The notes: generated by a model from the sequence alone, not told the origin. A stretch of 64,000 bases of DNA from an uncultured Bacteroidales bacterium (GCA_903837605.1 CAILVF010000021.1:14630-78629), one strand, 5' to 3'; shown: positions 9,701 to 18,866, counted from the first letter of the stretch. Numbers and translations: made by a program.

Positions 9701-10487
9701 CAACAATGAAATGAATGCCGTGATCCTTTTCTCAGAGAAGGAGATTTCCGGGACTGCTTCAAAAGAGCTGTTCAACCTGGCAATGATCACAGGTAAACTT
9801 GGCAAGACTGCCAGCGGACTGGTTGCTGTAAGGGAAAAGAATAATTCCCAGGGTTTGTTCGATATGGGGGTCAGTCCGCACTACGGCATTGGAGGTCAGG
9901 AGCTTGCTGATGCAGGATATATTGCGCGCTTGAAAGACAAGTGGAAGACTGAGCTGCTTGCAACGGATGAAACCAAATGCCTCCATGGCATTGTACAGGA
10001 CGGACAGGTGAAGAATATGTTTATTTTCGGCGAAGATCCCGTTGGCTGCGCCATCGACAGGTCCTATGTGGATTCTTTGTTTAAACCGGTTGAATTCCTG
10101 GTGGTACAGGATTATTTTATGACTGAAACCGCTTCTATGGCCGACCTGGTCCTGCCAGCTTCACTTCCTGCTGAAACGGGGGGATCTTACACGAATGCAC
10201 AGAAAGTGATACAGCAATTCCAGGCGGAAATGAAACCAAAGCCTGGGCTTACCAATTTACAGCAGGTTGCAGGCTTGCTTGCAGAATTCGGGTATAAAGT
10301 GAGCAGCAACCCCATCGATACGTTTATGGAGGTGGTTACACTCTTCCCCGAAAATAACGGGAATGAAAAGCTTAGGCTTTGCATTACATTGAAGGACAAT
10401 CACCATCGAAAATACAGGTATGGCTGCGATGCTGTAATGAAGAGGTTTGAAGAAGAATTTGATTTAGCCACGAGCCAAAAACATTGA
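6780..10487 (+). CDS. stnC: Fusion of [2Fe-2S], GltD/NfnB-like FAD/NADPH domain and NuoG/FdhA-like domain without Mo ligand (StnC/BfuA-like large subunit)
   Basis: IPTLC..CYVCVV..AC; PCKQTCP, CGRVCVRPCE; GAGPGG; GGGNTAMDC..YRR (NADPH type); CILCARCVRIC, CESCGMCISTCP, CTYCSVGC. NNVGSFHYLG replaces the FDH Cys/Sec motif. Confidence 0.8.
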   Translation: MSDNSLNIILNGSIVKGYPGETILELARRNGIEIPTLCNDDRLEPFTSCYVCVVEVEGMRGHQPACSTKLAEGMKIITDNEGIRKSRKMALELMLSNHYADCLGPCKQTCPAGVDVQGYISLIEKGLYTEAVALIKETNPLPAICGRVCVRPCERECRRNLLDEGAPVGIDYLKRYASDHDLESPDKFVPAVKKSTGKKIAVIGAGPGGLSVGHFMQIEGHQVDIYEAAPKSGGWLRYGIPEYRLPNDILDKEVKNITDLGVNIFYNKKFGENPSYKEIRSKYDAMVLTIGSQKGTGVGCTGDDAGNVYSGIDFLKNMEVTGQRYDFKGKTIAVVGGGNTAMDCCRTSIRCNADKVYVIYRRTEKEMPANPIEIHESKLEGVEYMFLTLPKTINKNEKGEVESITCIKMELGEPDASGRRRPVPVEGSDFDLGVDYVLAAIGQKTDVNFIDDINTYAEGGELKINKWGDLDADKNTLQTGIPSVFAAGDGVTGPATIIEAIAQARIASVSAHQFVMGLPIRPAAKPFTSKRDNFKKQLAQDYLDKFEKQIREEMPTLPAKDRMNFSEVELGYKAAEIAHHESQRCLECGCTAFFNCDLQKYSSEYNARQNYFEGEFREYQVDFRHPYIEIDNNKCILCARCVRICREVVGANALGLINRGFDTYVAPAMGEALQDTQCESCGMCISTCPTGAITENVIFKPGPVKTKAVDSICTYCSVGCAISLQTVNGFTYGVTGRKGLVNADGNICRYAKFGYNYLNDTSRITTPMLRVDGKFETISFEKAFGIIKEKISEVNPNDNAFFGGARLSNEEMYLIHKLARLAVKTNNVGSFHYLGRGESYRKNCEYNVPFSEIKDASLICFIGTEINRDHAVAGFMAQNAHFVKKIPQVMVTVKENNSLSHKVNQEIKIKSYYHFIKAMNHFILSKGLENGLFLSDRVEGFEEYKKQLLALDFHDLLKEAGIGADELGNFAKTYNNEMNAVILFSEKEISGTASKELFNLAMITGKLGKTASGLVAVREKNNSQGLFDMGVSPHYGIGGQELADAGYIARLKDKWKTELLATDETKCLHGIVQDGQVKNMFIFGEDPVGCAIDRSYVDSLFKPVEFLVVQDYFMTETASMADLVLPASLPAETGGSYTNAQKVIQQFQAEMKPKPGLTNLQQVAGLLAEFGYKVSSNPIDTFMEVVTLFPENNGNEKLRLCITLKDNHHRKYRYGCDAVMKRFEEEFDLATSQKH

Positions 10488-10535
10488 GCCATGAGAGATG
10501 GGATATATAACACACAACTCATGGCTCATGGCTTT
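10464..10535. repeat. Degenerate TGAGCCA heptamer array with inverted TGGCTCA arm, overlapping the stnC 3' end
   Basis: ttagcca cgagcca aaaacat tgagcca tgagaga tgggata ... actca tggctca tggcttt. Confidence 0.7.
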
Positions 10536-10566
10536 TAAATAGTACAATTACCTAAAAAATGCCCAT

Positions 10567-11022
10567 ATGAAAGAATTTAAAAATATAACCGAAATCCTTG
10601 ACTTCGCAATTGGCGAAGAGCAGGCAGCTGTAGATTTCTACCTCTTGCTGTCGGCACAGTCGAAAAGCTCCGAAACAAAAACTATTTTCAACGAGTTCGC
10701 GGAGGAAGAAATGCGCCACAAGGCGAACCTTACCAAAATAAAGGAAAACGGTATGCTTCGCCTGAGCGATGAAAAAGTCAGGGATCTTAAGATCACCGAA
10801 TATCTTATCGACGTGAAGCCTTCACCGGGTATGACATACCAGGATGCCCTCATCCTTGCAATGAAGAAGGAAAAGGCTGCATTCCGCATGTACACTGTTC
10901 TTGCCGCCCAGGCTGAAGATCCGGCCGTGAAAGAACTGCTCCAGTCGCTCGCCCTTGAAGAATCAAGGCATAAACTCAGATTTGAGATCGAATATGACGA
11001 TGTTATCTTCAAAGAAAACTGA
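10567..11022 (+). CDS. Ferritin-like/rubrerythrin-family di-iron protein
   Basis: Two E...Y...ExxH repeats (GEEQAAVDFY..EEEMRH; KEKAAFRMY..LEESRH); no rubredoxin domain. Confidence 0.85.
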   Translation: MKEFKNITEILDFAIGEEQAAVDFYLLLSAQSKSSETKTIFNEFAEEEMRHKANLTKIKENGMLRLSDEKVRDLKITEYLIDVKPSPGMTYQDALILAMKKEKAAFRMYTVLAAQAEDPAVKELLQSLALEESRHKLRFEIEYDDVIFKEN

Positions 11023-11056
11023 TTTCCGTATCTTAGTGCAAATTTCAGCATAAGGT

Positions 11057-14026
11057 ATGCATCTGAAGCAAAATGCTTTAAACCCGAAGAAGTATTACTT
11101 CATCGACACCTCGTTCAACATGATGATGAAACGCAGGATCTACCAGATTCTGCTGATTTCGAGTACTTACGACTCATTCATGCTCGAGGAGGACGGGAGG
11201 ATAGACGAGACGATTTTCATGGAATATGTCTCGCTCAACCTGCGATATCCGCCCCAGTTTATTAAAGTCACTTCCGAGAAAGAGGCTTTTGAAGTCCTTG
11301 AAGACAAGAATATAGAACTTGTCATTTCAATGCTCAACATCGAGCAGGCCGATACTTTCGATCTGGCAATGCAGATCAAGAGCAAATACCCCAGGATCCC
11401 TATTGTGGTGCTGACGCCTTTCTCCAGGGAGGTCAACCTCAAACTGGCCGAAAAAAACCTGGCCGCCATCGATTATGTTTTCTCCTGGCTGGGCAATGCC
11501 GATATCCTGCTCGCAATCATCAAGCTGATCGAGGATAAAATGAACATGCCCCAGGATGTGAAACAGGGCGTTCAGGCCATACTCCTGGTGGAAGATTCGA
11601 TCAGGTTTTATTCGAGCTACCTCCCCAATATGTATAAGATCATGCTCAAGCAGTCGAAGACCTTCATGACCGAAGGGCTCAATGAGCATAATAAAATGTT
11701 GCGGATGAGGGGGCGTACGAAAATCCTGCTCGCTACCAATTACGAGGAGGCCGTAAATCTTTGGGAAAAATACAAGAATAACCTCCTTGGGATCATCACC
11801 GATATCAGTTTCCCCAGGCAGGGCGAGACCGACACTATGGCCGGCATCAGGTTTGTTGAGAAAGTGAGGGGAGAGGACGAGTTCATGCCTGTGCTGTTCC
11901 AGTCGACCGACACTGAACATGAGGCCCTGGCCGAAAAAATGAGAGTCGGGTTCCTGAATAAAAATTCCAAGACCCTTGGGATTGAACTCAGGAATTACAT
12001 CAACGATCATTTCTCCTTTGGTGATTTTATATTCATCGACCCCAGGTCGGGCCGCGAGATTACCCGGGTTATTGACCTGAAGGCCATGCAGGACAAGATC
12101 TTCGAGATCCCTGATGATTCCCTCAAATACCATATGCAGAGAAACCATTTCTCGAAATGGCTCAATGCCCGCGCCCTGTTTCCCATTGCTGAAATGTTCA
12201 GGGAAGTATCCTTTTCGGAGTTCGCCGACATGGATGAGGCCAAACGATATATTTTCGACGGTATCACTGCGTTCAGGATCAACAAGGCCAAAGGTGTGAT
12301 TGCCGATTTCGACAGGGAACGTTACGATGAATACCTTCAGTTTGCAAGGATTGGAGAGGGTTCTATCGGCGGAAAAGCCCGGGGACTGGCATTTCTGGAT
12401 TCACTTATTAAAAGAAACAGGCTTTCATACAAGTATCCGGATGTCATTATCTCCATTCCCCGCACCGTTGTTATAGGTACCGATATCTTCGATGAATTCA
12501 TGGAGGAGAACAACCTGTATGAGATTGCCCTGAGCGACCGCGCCGATGCTGAGATCCTTGCACGTTTCATCAAAGCGCGCCTGCCATACCGCATCCATGA
12601 AGACCTTTACGCTTTCGTTTCCTGTATCAATACACCTATCGCCATCCGCTCTTCCAGCCTGCTTGAAGACTCCCATTACCAACCCTTCGCGGGGATCTAT
12701 TCCACCTACATGATCCCCAATATCAAATCCAATGAGCGGCTGATGATAGAGAAACTCACCGAAGCCATCAAAATGGTATATGCGTCGGTGTATTTTAAAG
12801 ACAGCAAGTCGTATATGACAGCCACCCTGAACATGATCGACGAGGAAAAAATGGGAGTGGTACTCCAGGAGGTCATCGGGAACCGCTACAATGAAAGGTT
12901 TTACCCGGCTATCTCCGGCGTAGCCCGTTCCATTAATTTCTATCCTATAGCCCCTGAAAAGCCCGAAGACGGAATTGCCAACATCGCCTTCGGCCTTGGG
13001 AAATATATTGTCGACGGCGGTAACGGCCTCAGGTTTTCACCCCGTTATCCGAAGAAAATACTCCAGCTTTCCACCCCAGAGCTGGCCCTGAGCGAGACCC
13101 AGAAATTCTTTTTTGCACTCGACCTGAAACCCGAAAGTTTTGAGCCTGATACCGATGATACGATCAACCTGCTGAAGCTTAAGATCAAGGATGCCGAAGA
13201 AGATCCTGCCCTGAAACTTGTCGCTTCCACTTTTGACTACGACAGCCACCAGCTTAAGGAAGGCATTATGCATAACGGCAAACGCCTGATCACCTTTTCA
13301 CAACAGTTGTCGCACAATACATTCCCCCTGGCCGAGATACTGCAGGAGGTGCTGGAAATCGGGCAGAGGGAAATGAACAAGCCCGTGGAGATTGAATTTG
13401 CAGTGAACCTCGATGCACCCGCCCATGAACCAAAAGTATTCAGCCTGCTTCAGATACGGCCAATTGCCGGAAGGGATGAAACTATTCACATCGACGAGGA
13501 TAAGGTAACCCGCGAAAATACACTGCTGATCTCTACAACTGCCCTTGGCAACGGGATTATCAACGATATTCATGATTTTGTGTATGTGAAACCGGCAGCC
13601 TGGGATGCCGCCAAAACCCAGGAAATCGCGCTCAGGCTTGAAAAACGCAACGACTGGTTCCAGGCCGAAAAAAGGTATTACATTCTTGTAGGACCGGGCC
13701 GATGGGGCTCCAGCGACCCATGGCTGGGTGTGCCGGTACGCTGGCCGCAAATCTCAAATTCAAGGCTGATTGTGGAATCGGGCCTCGACAAGTACCGTAT
13801 CGATCCCAGCCAGGGGACCCATTTTTTCCAGAACCTTACTTCCTTCCGGGTGGGATATTTCACGATAAACCCCTTCATCAACGAGGGATACTATAACCTG
13901 GAGTATCTCAACAGCCAGCCGGCACTGTTTGAAGACGAGTATATCAGGCATGTTCATTTTGAAAAACCCATAAGGATAGAGATTGACGGCAAAAGGAATT
14001 ATGGTGTTGTTTTTATGCCTGAATAG
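11057..14026 (+). CDS. Second PEP synthase/PPDK-like nucleotide-binding-domain protein with receiver domains (paralog of 409-4281 without the GAF-like repeats)
   Basis: GGKARGLAF, AIRSSSLLEDS, FAGIYST, EIEFA, LLQIRP. Receiver LLVEDS...ITDI...FQST...NKN. C-terminal GPGRWG...SQGTHFFQN. Confidence 0.85.
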   Translation: MHLKQNALNPKKYYFIDTSFNMMMKRRIYQILLISSTYDSFMLEEDGRIDETIFMEYVSLNLRYPPQFIKVTSEKEAFEVLEDKNIELVISMLNIEQADTFDLAMQIKSKYPRIPIVVLTPFSREVNLKLAEKNLAAIDYVFSWLGNADILLAIIKLIEDKMNMPQDVKQGVQAILLVEDSIRFYSSYLPNMYKIMLKQSKTFMTEGLNEHNKMLRMRGRTKILLATNYEEAVNLWEKYKNNLLGIITDISFPRQGETDTMAGIRFVEKVRGEDEFMPVLFQSTDTEHEALAEKMRVGFLNKNSKTLGIELRNYINDHFSFGDFIFIDPRSGREITRVIDLKAMQDKIFEIPDDSLKYHMQRNHFSKWLNARALFPIAEMFREVSFSEFADMDEAKRYIFDGITAFRINKAKGVIADFDRERYDEYLQFARIGEGSIGGKARGLAFLDSLIKRNRLSYKYPDVIISIPRTVVIGTDIFDEFMEENNLYEIALSDRADAEILARFIKARLPYRIHEDLYAFVSCINTPIAIRSSSLLEDSHYQPFAGIYSTYMIPNIKSNERLMIEKLTEAIKMVYASVYFKDSKSYMTATLNMIDEEKMGVVLQEVIGNRYNERFYPAISGVARSINFYPIAPEKPEDGIANIAFGLGKYIVDGGNGLRFSPRYPKKILQLSTPELALSETQKFFFALDLKPESFEPDTDDTINLLKLKIKDAEEDPALKLVASTFDYDSHQLKEGIMHNGKRLITFSQQLSHNTFPLAEILQEVLEIGQREMNKPVEIEFAVNLDAPAHEPKVFSLLQIRPIAGRDETIHIDEDKVTRENTLLISTTALGNGIINDIHDFVYVKPAAWDAAKTQEIALRLEKRNDWFQAEKRYYILVGPGRWGSSDPWLGVPVRWPQISNSRLIVESGLDKYRIDPSQGTHFFQNLTSFRVGYFTINPFINEGYYNLEYLNSQPALFEDEYIRHVHFEKPIRIEIDGKRNYGVVFMPE

Positions 14027-14089
14027 GTTTCATGCGCACAATCAGCAATTTTTATTTTTTGCCGCAGGGAAGCCGGGTGATGTAAATGT

Positions 14090-16750
14090 TCACCTGCTTT
14101 TTACCAGGCTGATCCTTTTGACATCCCGGTCAACCTCCAGGTTCAGGGAATATATGCCGGCCGGCAGCCGTGAAAGATTGCATTGAACCGTAGTTTTACC
14201 CGGGATCATCAGTATATCCTGACTATGAACGATTTTAAAGTTCAGGTCTGTTATTTTCATGACTGCGGATGTCTTTTTCCCCGAGGTCAGGGTAATCGTG
14301 AATATACCGCCGGATGAAGGATTTGGAAAGGCGGTGATTGAAACACTTCCTGCAGCGGATATTGACGATATCCCTGTGACGGGTTCCAGCCTGAATTTAC
14401 CTTTACCTGAAAACAGTATGACATTCAGGCTGCCGGAACTGTCGTATGTCACAGAGATGATATTCCCCTGAACAGCTTTCAGTGCCATTGAATTATAAAT
14501 TGAAACCCTGCCGCTGTCGCTGCTGTATCCTTCGATGATACCTGCCTGCACTTCATTCCAGGCTGCAAGCATGGGATGGCTTGTTGCAAGCATGACCCGG
14601 CTGCCGTATTTGATTTTATCGCCTCCGCGAAGCAGTATGCAAACAGGATTATTTGCGGGATCAAAGCTGAGGAAGTTGATCTGCCCGTTACAGATGGCAG
14701 CTTCAGGCAGCCCGCTTTGTGCTGCAGGTACAGTTTGAATGGCGCTGCCCGACTGGGTTAACGCAAAATCCGTCCACGATTTGTATTTAAGAACTGTTGC
14801 GTTTGCTCCGTTGATGCCTGGTATTGGAGTACAAACTGCCGAATCGGTCGTATAAGGAAACATGACCGATTGAAAGCTTATGTTTGATGCCGAATCGGGA
14901 TGCACCAGCATTTTGCTGTAATGCCTGTAAGACGAAGAGCCTGTCGCCAATGAATCTGTTTCATAGGAATAAACCACAGGTTTTACATCACTTTGAACCT
15001 GAAGCAGCAGTGAGACGGTGTCACGTTTATATGTTCCCCGGTAATTCCCGAAGGCAGGGATGAATTGGCCTTCGGCGGAAGAGGAGCTGCTCCCGAACAA
15101 TCCATTCCCATGGAACTGGTAAGTGTATTCACGCATGCCTGCTGCTGAACAAAGATCATTCAGTATAAAATAGCGGTTCCCCGGGAAGAGATTGCAGCGG
15201 ATAATGCTGTCGCCCCAGTAGGATGTGCGCACTTCCCCGTATGCAAGGGATGGGACCTGGAAACAGTCTTCAATATAAGCCGTATTTGAAGCTGCATTGA
15301 CGAATTCTCCCAGCGGAGGTTGCGGACCTCCGCCATTCACAAGAATACAGTTATGATTTGACGCTTTATTCACGAAATCGCTTTCAGTAGCCCCGGGGTA
15401 ACCGGGATCAACAGCCAGGAGCTGATTGAAAGCCATCATCGAAAAGCTGGAAGCATCTCCCTGGTGGTGGGATTTAGCCCCGGTAAGTGCAATGCCGTGT
15501 TTCCCGATAAAATGCATGTAAACAGCATCCTTTTCCCAGGATGAACGGAACACCAGGCTGCCGGCAGCTGGCAGGACCTGGAAGAGACTGTCGGTGCGGA
15601 CCCCCTGGGCAACATTCGTGGCAATATACTGGGTACGGATAAAGGGGTCGTCGTAAGAAAACCCCTGATTGGGAAGGTTGAACCCGGGTTTCCCCGATAA
15701 AGCTGTGATATGAGTCCCGAACCCGACAGGGCTGTCATGGATGGCTGGTTCGCTGCCATCGGGCATCTCAATTTTATTCATCCAGTCATAGATACGGTCA
15801 TAGCGTGGGTCGTACCAGGGGTTCCGTATCATCCTCGATTCGGAATTAAAGCTTACCGATATACTGTCATCCGGAAGGAAATTATATAAAGACCGGATAA
15901 AGGGGAAGGCATTCTGGAAGGCATAATTGAAATATCCCGGCCCTTCGGCATACCCGGCCAGGGTATCAGGCTCAGATACCCGGGGATAGGAACCGTTTTC
16001 AACCCAAAGAGTGTTGTCGAGGTTCCATAATCCCGCATTGATCCAGTTCAGGGGCTGGTAATCGGGATTGGCGCTGGCGTAATCATTCAATACCACTGCC
16101 GCCATTCCAAGTGCCGAGGCAGTCATGATGCTGTGGTTGTCGAACTGGAAATTGAAAAATTTCAACTGGATGAAAAATACGGTATACGTGGCCATAGCCC
16201 TTGAATAAAGGTTCCCTGTGAAATGGACCAGTGAATCCCGGGCCACCATATCAGAAACACCTGCGCCTTTCATCAGGTCGTAGGCAGTGAGGTAAAAAAT
16301 AAGTTCTTTTGACCGGTGCTGCCATTCCTGGTAAAACACCCAGCCGCTCTGGAAGCCTACCCTGGTGTTCAGGCTTTTCAGGAGCAACCTGGTTTTGGAA
16401 ACCAGGGAGTCTTTCTCGGCAGGTAAAAGGTTTATTATACTCCCGTTTTCCCACTTCCGGTCCATCAGGATTGCAAAAGCCGCCTCCCTGGCTATCAAAG
16501 CCCTGGTGAACCTGTCACCGTCGGTGCTGTCGCCTGCGGGGATGGAGCTGTTTGCTGTAGTCCAGATCGAATGGTAAAGATCTGAAATGAGAGGGGAAGA
16601 TAATGTGCCGCGTACCTCCTCAATTGAGTTGCTGTCAAGAAGCGTCCTCGGGTAACTGTGGCCGGCGCCGGGCGGGTTCCAGGAACCCTGGCAAAATGCC
16701 ATCCGCAGACTTAAACTAAAAAAGACGCATATGACCAAACTGAGTTTCAT
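14090..16750 (-). CDS. Secreted heparinase II/III-like polysaccharide lyase-family protein with T9SS C-terminal sorting domain
   Basis: Signal peptide; DNH..., YAEGPGY, MPDG.P.IHDS, FRSSW, HHQGD.SF, VDPG, SNHN motifs; C-terminal FPNPS...GIYSL. Confidence 0.7.
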   Translation of the reverse strand: MKLSLVICVFFSLSLRMAFCQGSWNPPGAGHSYPRTLLDSNSIEEVRGTLSSPLISDLYHSIWTTANSSIPAGDSTDGDRFTRALIAREAAFAILMDRKWENGSIINLLPAEKDSLVSKTRLLLKSLNTRVGFQSGWVFYQEWQHRSKELIFYLTAYDLMKGAGVSDMVARDSLVHFTGNLYSRAMATYTVFFIQLKFFNFQFDNHSIMTASALGMAAVVLNDYASANPDYQPLNWINAGLWNLDNTLWVENGSYPRVSEPDTLAGYAEGPGYFNYAFQNAFPFIRSLYNFLPDDSISVSFNSESRMIRNPWYDPRYDRIYDWMNKIEMPDGSEPAIHDSPVGFGTHITALSGKPGFNLPNQGFSYDDPFIRTQYIATNVAQGVRTDSLFQVLPAAGSLVFRSSWEKDAVYMHFIGKHGIALTGAKSHHQGDASSFSMMAFNQLLAVDPGYPGATESDFVNKASNHNCILVNGGGPQPPLGEFVNAASNTAYIEDCFQVPSLAYGEVRTSYWGDSIIRCNLFPGNRYFILNDLCSAAGMREYTYQFHGNGLFGSSSSSAEGQFIPAFGNYRGTYKRDTVSLLLQVQSDVKPVVYSYETDSLATGSSSYRHYSKMLVHPDSASNISFQSVMFPYTTDSAVCTPIPGINGANATVLKYKSWTDFALTQSGSAIQTVPAAQSGLPEAAICNGQINFLSFDPANNPVCILLRGGDKIKYGSRVMLATSHPMLAAWNEVQAGIIEGYSSDSGRVSIYNSMALKAVQGNIISVTYDSSGSLNVILFSGKGKFRLEPVTGISSISAAGSVSITAFPNPSSGGIFTITLTSGKKTSAVMKITDLNFKIVHSQDILMIPGKTTVQCNLSRLPAGIYSLNLEVDRDVKRISLVKSR

Positions 16751-16833
16751 GATATCAAAGGTAATGCACAGGGATGAGATTCGGAGGTCTCTTCGCCTTT
16801 TGCCGGTAAAAAGTATTTTATTAGATTTACATT

Positions 16834-18141
16834 ATGATCCTGAAGCATATTTTTCGTTCACGGGAACATGGCCTGGCGCTGTTTATCATTTTTCTCCTGC
16901 TTCATGCTTCTGTTGCCGCCCAGACGGCAATGGATATTTCCGGCAAAGTTGCAGATGCTGATAACGGGTCTCCCTTGTTGTTTGCCCAGGTTGCATTGAG
17001 CAATTCAACAACGGGCACAGTGACGAATGAAGACGGCCAATTCTTTCTTGGCATCCCTGGAAATCATTTACATGATACAATTGTAATCACTTATCTTGGT
17101 TATGAGACTGCCCGTATGCCTGTTGCCGGTCTGATCGGCCGGACCAGCCTGATACGGCTGAAATCAAAGGAGTTTAACCTCAGGGAGGTTGAAGTGACGG
17201 TCCTGGCGCCTGAAGAGGTCTTAAGGAGGGCATTCATGCGGATTCCTGAAAATTACGGAAGGGATTCGATCCTGCTGACGGCATTCTATCGTTCGCAGAA
17301 ATTCGCAGGTAAAAAGCTTGCGGAATACACGGAAGCCGTCATAGAAGATCTAAAAGCCGGCTACTTTCACCAGAATACCCTGAAGGAGATCCAGGAAGCA
17401 TATTCACAGTCTAATTTTACACATCTGGTGAAAGGAAGGGTTGTTTCCGACACGGCCCTGGTAAATTCAATGGGAGACGTTGGGAAAATGGCAGGCTGCC
17501 TTGGATGTATTTTTATGCAGGATATGGTCGAATTTTCATACCATACTATACTTGATGAAGAGACCTTCAGGTTTTATTCACTGAAAATGGAGGAATTGGG
17601 AGGACCTGAAGGTGGCAGGATCTATCATATATGGTTTGACCAGTCTAAAAAGAATCAGAGGGGATACAAGGGTGAATTGTTCATAGACGGTAATTCTTTT
17701 GCCATCATAAAAATTAAGCGGAGTATAAGTTACATGGCGTTTAATAAATATGAGAAGGAGAAATATCGTAAAACCTATACGATCGATGATATTCCCGGAT
17801 GGATTGCTGAAATGCCGTTGTTCAATGAAACCCTGAACTACTCGAACAGGGAGAACCAATGGTATCTCAGTTCAATCCGCGACGAACAATGGATAACTTT
17901 TACACTTCCATCGACCGGGCAAAAAGTCAGAATGGGTTATAAGAATGACCTTGTTGTAACCGGCGTCTCACGTGACACCCTGCAGACCCGCAGTTTCAGG
18001 GGAGATAAAAAAGCAGGGATTAATCAGCGCTGGGACCAGCTTGTGGGCCAGGCCGATGAGGCATTCTGGGCCAATTTTAACTATTTACCTGTTGAAGAAA
18101 AACTGAAGAAAGAAATTGGAGGGATCGTCACCAGTCACTAG
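16834..18141 (+). CDS. Exported carboxypeptidase-like regulatory (CarboxypepD_reg-like) domain protein
   Basis: Signal peptide; ISGKVADA..GSPL.FA.V...GTVTNEDGQF..ITYLGY..L.EVEV; C-terminal FW.NFN.LP.E. Confidence 0.75.
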   Translation: MILKHIFRSREHGLALFIIFLLLHASVAAQTAMDISGKVADADNGSPLLFAQVALSNSTTGTVTNEDGQFFLGIPGNHLHDTIVITYLGYETARMPVAGLIGRTSLIRLKSKEFNLREVEVTVLAPEEVLRRAFMRIPENYGRDSILLTAFYRSQKFAGKKLAEYTEAVIEDLKAGYFHQNTLKEIQEAYSQSNFTHLVKGRVVSDTALVNSMGDVGKMAGCLGCIFMQDMVEFSYHTILDEETFRFYSLKMEELGGPEGGRIYHIWFDQSKKNQRGYKGELFIDGNSFAIIKIKRSISYMAFNKYEKEKYRKTYTIDDIPGWIAEMPLFNETLNYSNRENQWYLSSIRDEQWITFTLPSTGQKVRMGYKNDLVVTGVSRDTLQTRSFRGDKKAGINQRWDQLVGQADEAFWANFNYLPVEEKLKKEIGGIVTSH

Positions 18142-18151
18142 TCACTGGTCA
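18126..18151. repeat. Short AGTCACT heptamer array spanning two convergent stop codons
   Basis: cgtcacc agtcact agtcact ggtca. Confidence 0.6.
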
Positions 18152-18865
18152 AAGGTCCAGGTTATTCTGAATCACCATCTCCATGGAGTTCAGCTCAAGG
18201 GCCACGAGGTTCCCGAAGCCTTCTTTCCCCGAGATATAGGGCCCGTTATCAAGGTCGATGAATTTGTATACCCTGCTTTTTACAGCCAGCATGATCAGCT
18301 CCATATTCACAGGTACATGCCCGTGAATGATCTTGCGGTTGCCGATCTTCCCGGGGATGATCTCGTAATCACGAAGCCATAACATGGCTCGAAGGTCTTC
18401 AAAGGGATTTTCATTTTTAAAGTTCAGTCCGGCATGCACAAGGATGAAGTTCTCGAGAGGTATGTAATATTTTAACCCTCGCATCCATTCGATATAGCTC
18501 GCGGGAACCTGGCGGATGTTCTCTGCTTCGAAGCTGGAGAGGGTGGACTTGCCGCCGATATCAATCCAGACTTTGTGTTTTTTATCGCCCAGCCTGTGCC
18601 ACCACGTGTTTCTGGCTTTATTCTCGGCATCGTACAACTCGACCATGAAATCCTCGTGGTTACCTTTAAGTGCCGTCACATTATACTGGTCATCCTGAAG
18701 AGCCCTTATAAAATCGATGACCCCTTTGGAATCAGGTCCGCGGTCAACATAATCGCCGAGAAAATACAACTCATCATTACGGCTGGGCTTGATAAGTTCG
18801 GAAACCAGGCTTTTAAGGGTCTTCGAACAACCGTGAATGTCGGGGATCACCCAGCGCTTTGGCAT
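18149..18865 (-). CDS. Calcineurin-like metallophosphoesterase (PPP Ser/Thr protein phosphatase family)
   Basis: DIHG, GDYVDRG, GNHE, VHAG and HGH motifs; start at MPKRWV (18865) immediately after the gpmA stop. Confidence 0.85.
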   Translation of the reverse strand: MPKRWVIPDIHGCSKTLKSLVSELIKPSRNDELYFLGDYVDRGPDSKGVIDFIRALQDDQYNVTALKGNHEDFMVELYDAENKARNTWWHRLGDKKHKVWIDIGGKSTLSSFEAENIRQVPASYIEWMRGLKYYIPLENFILVHAGLNFKNENPFEDLRAMLWLRDYEIIPGKIGNRKIIHGHVPVNMELIMLAVKSRVYKFIDLDNGPYISGKEGFGNLVALELNSMEMVIQNNLDL

Positions 18866-18866
18866 C

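Noticed and set aside
4299-10487. Complex I nuoEFG, [FeFe]-hydrogenase or formate dehydrogenase
   Set aside because: No membrane nuo genes, no H-cluster motifs, no Mo-ligand Cys/Sec, and a GltD-like insert is present
409-14026. Calling the two PPDK-like genes ppsA or ppdK
   Set aside because: No pyruvate/PEP-binding barrel, and receiver domains are present
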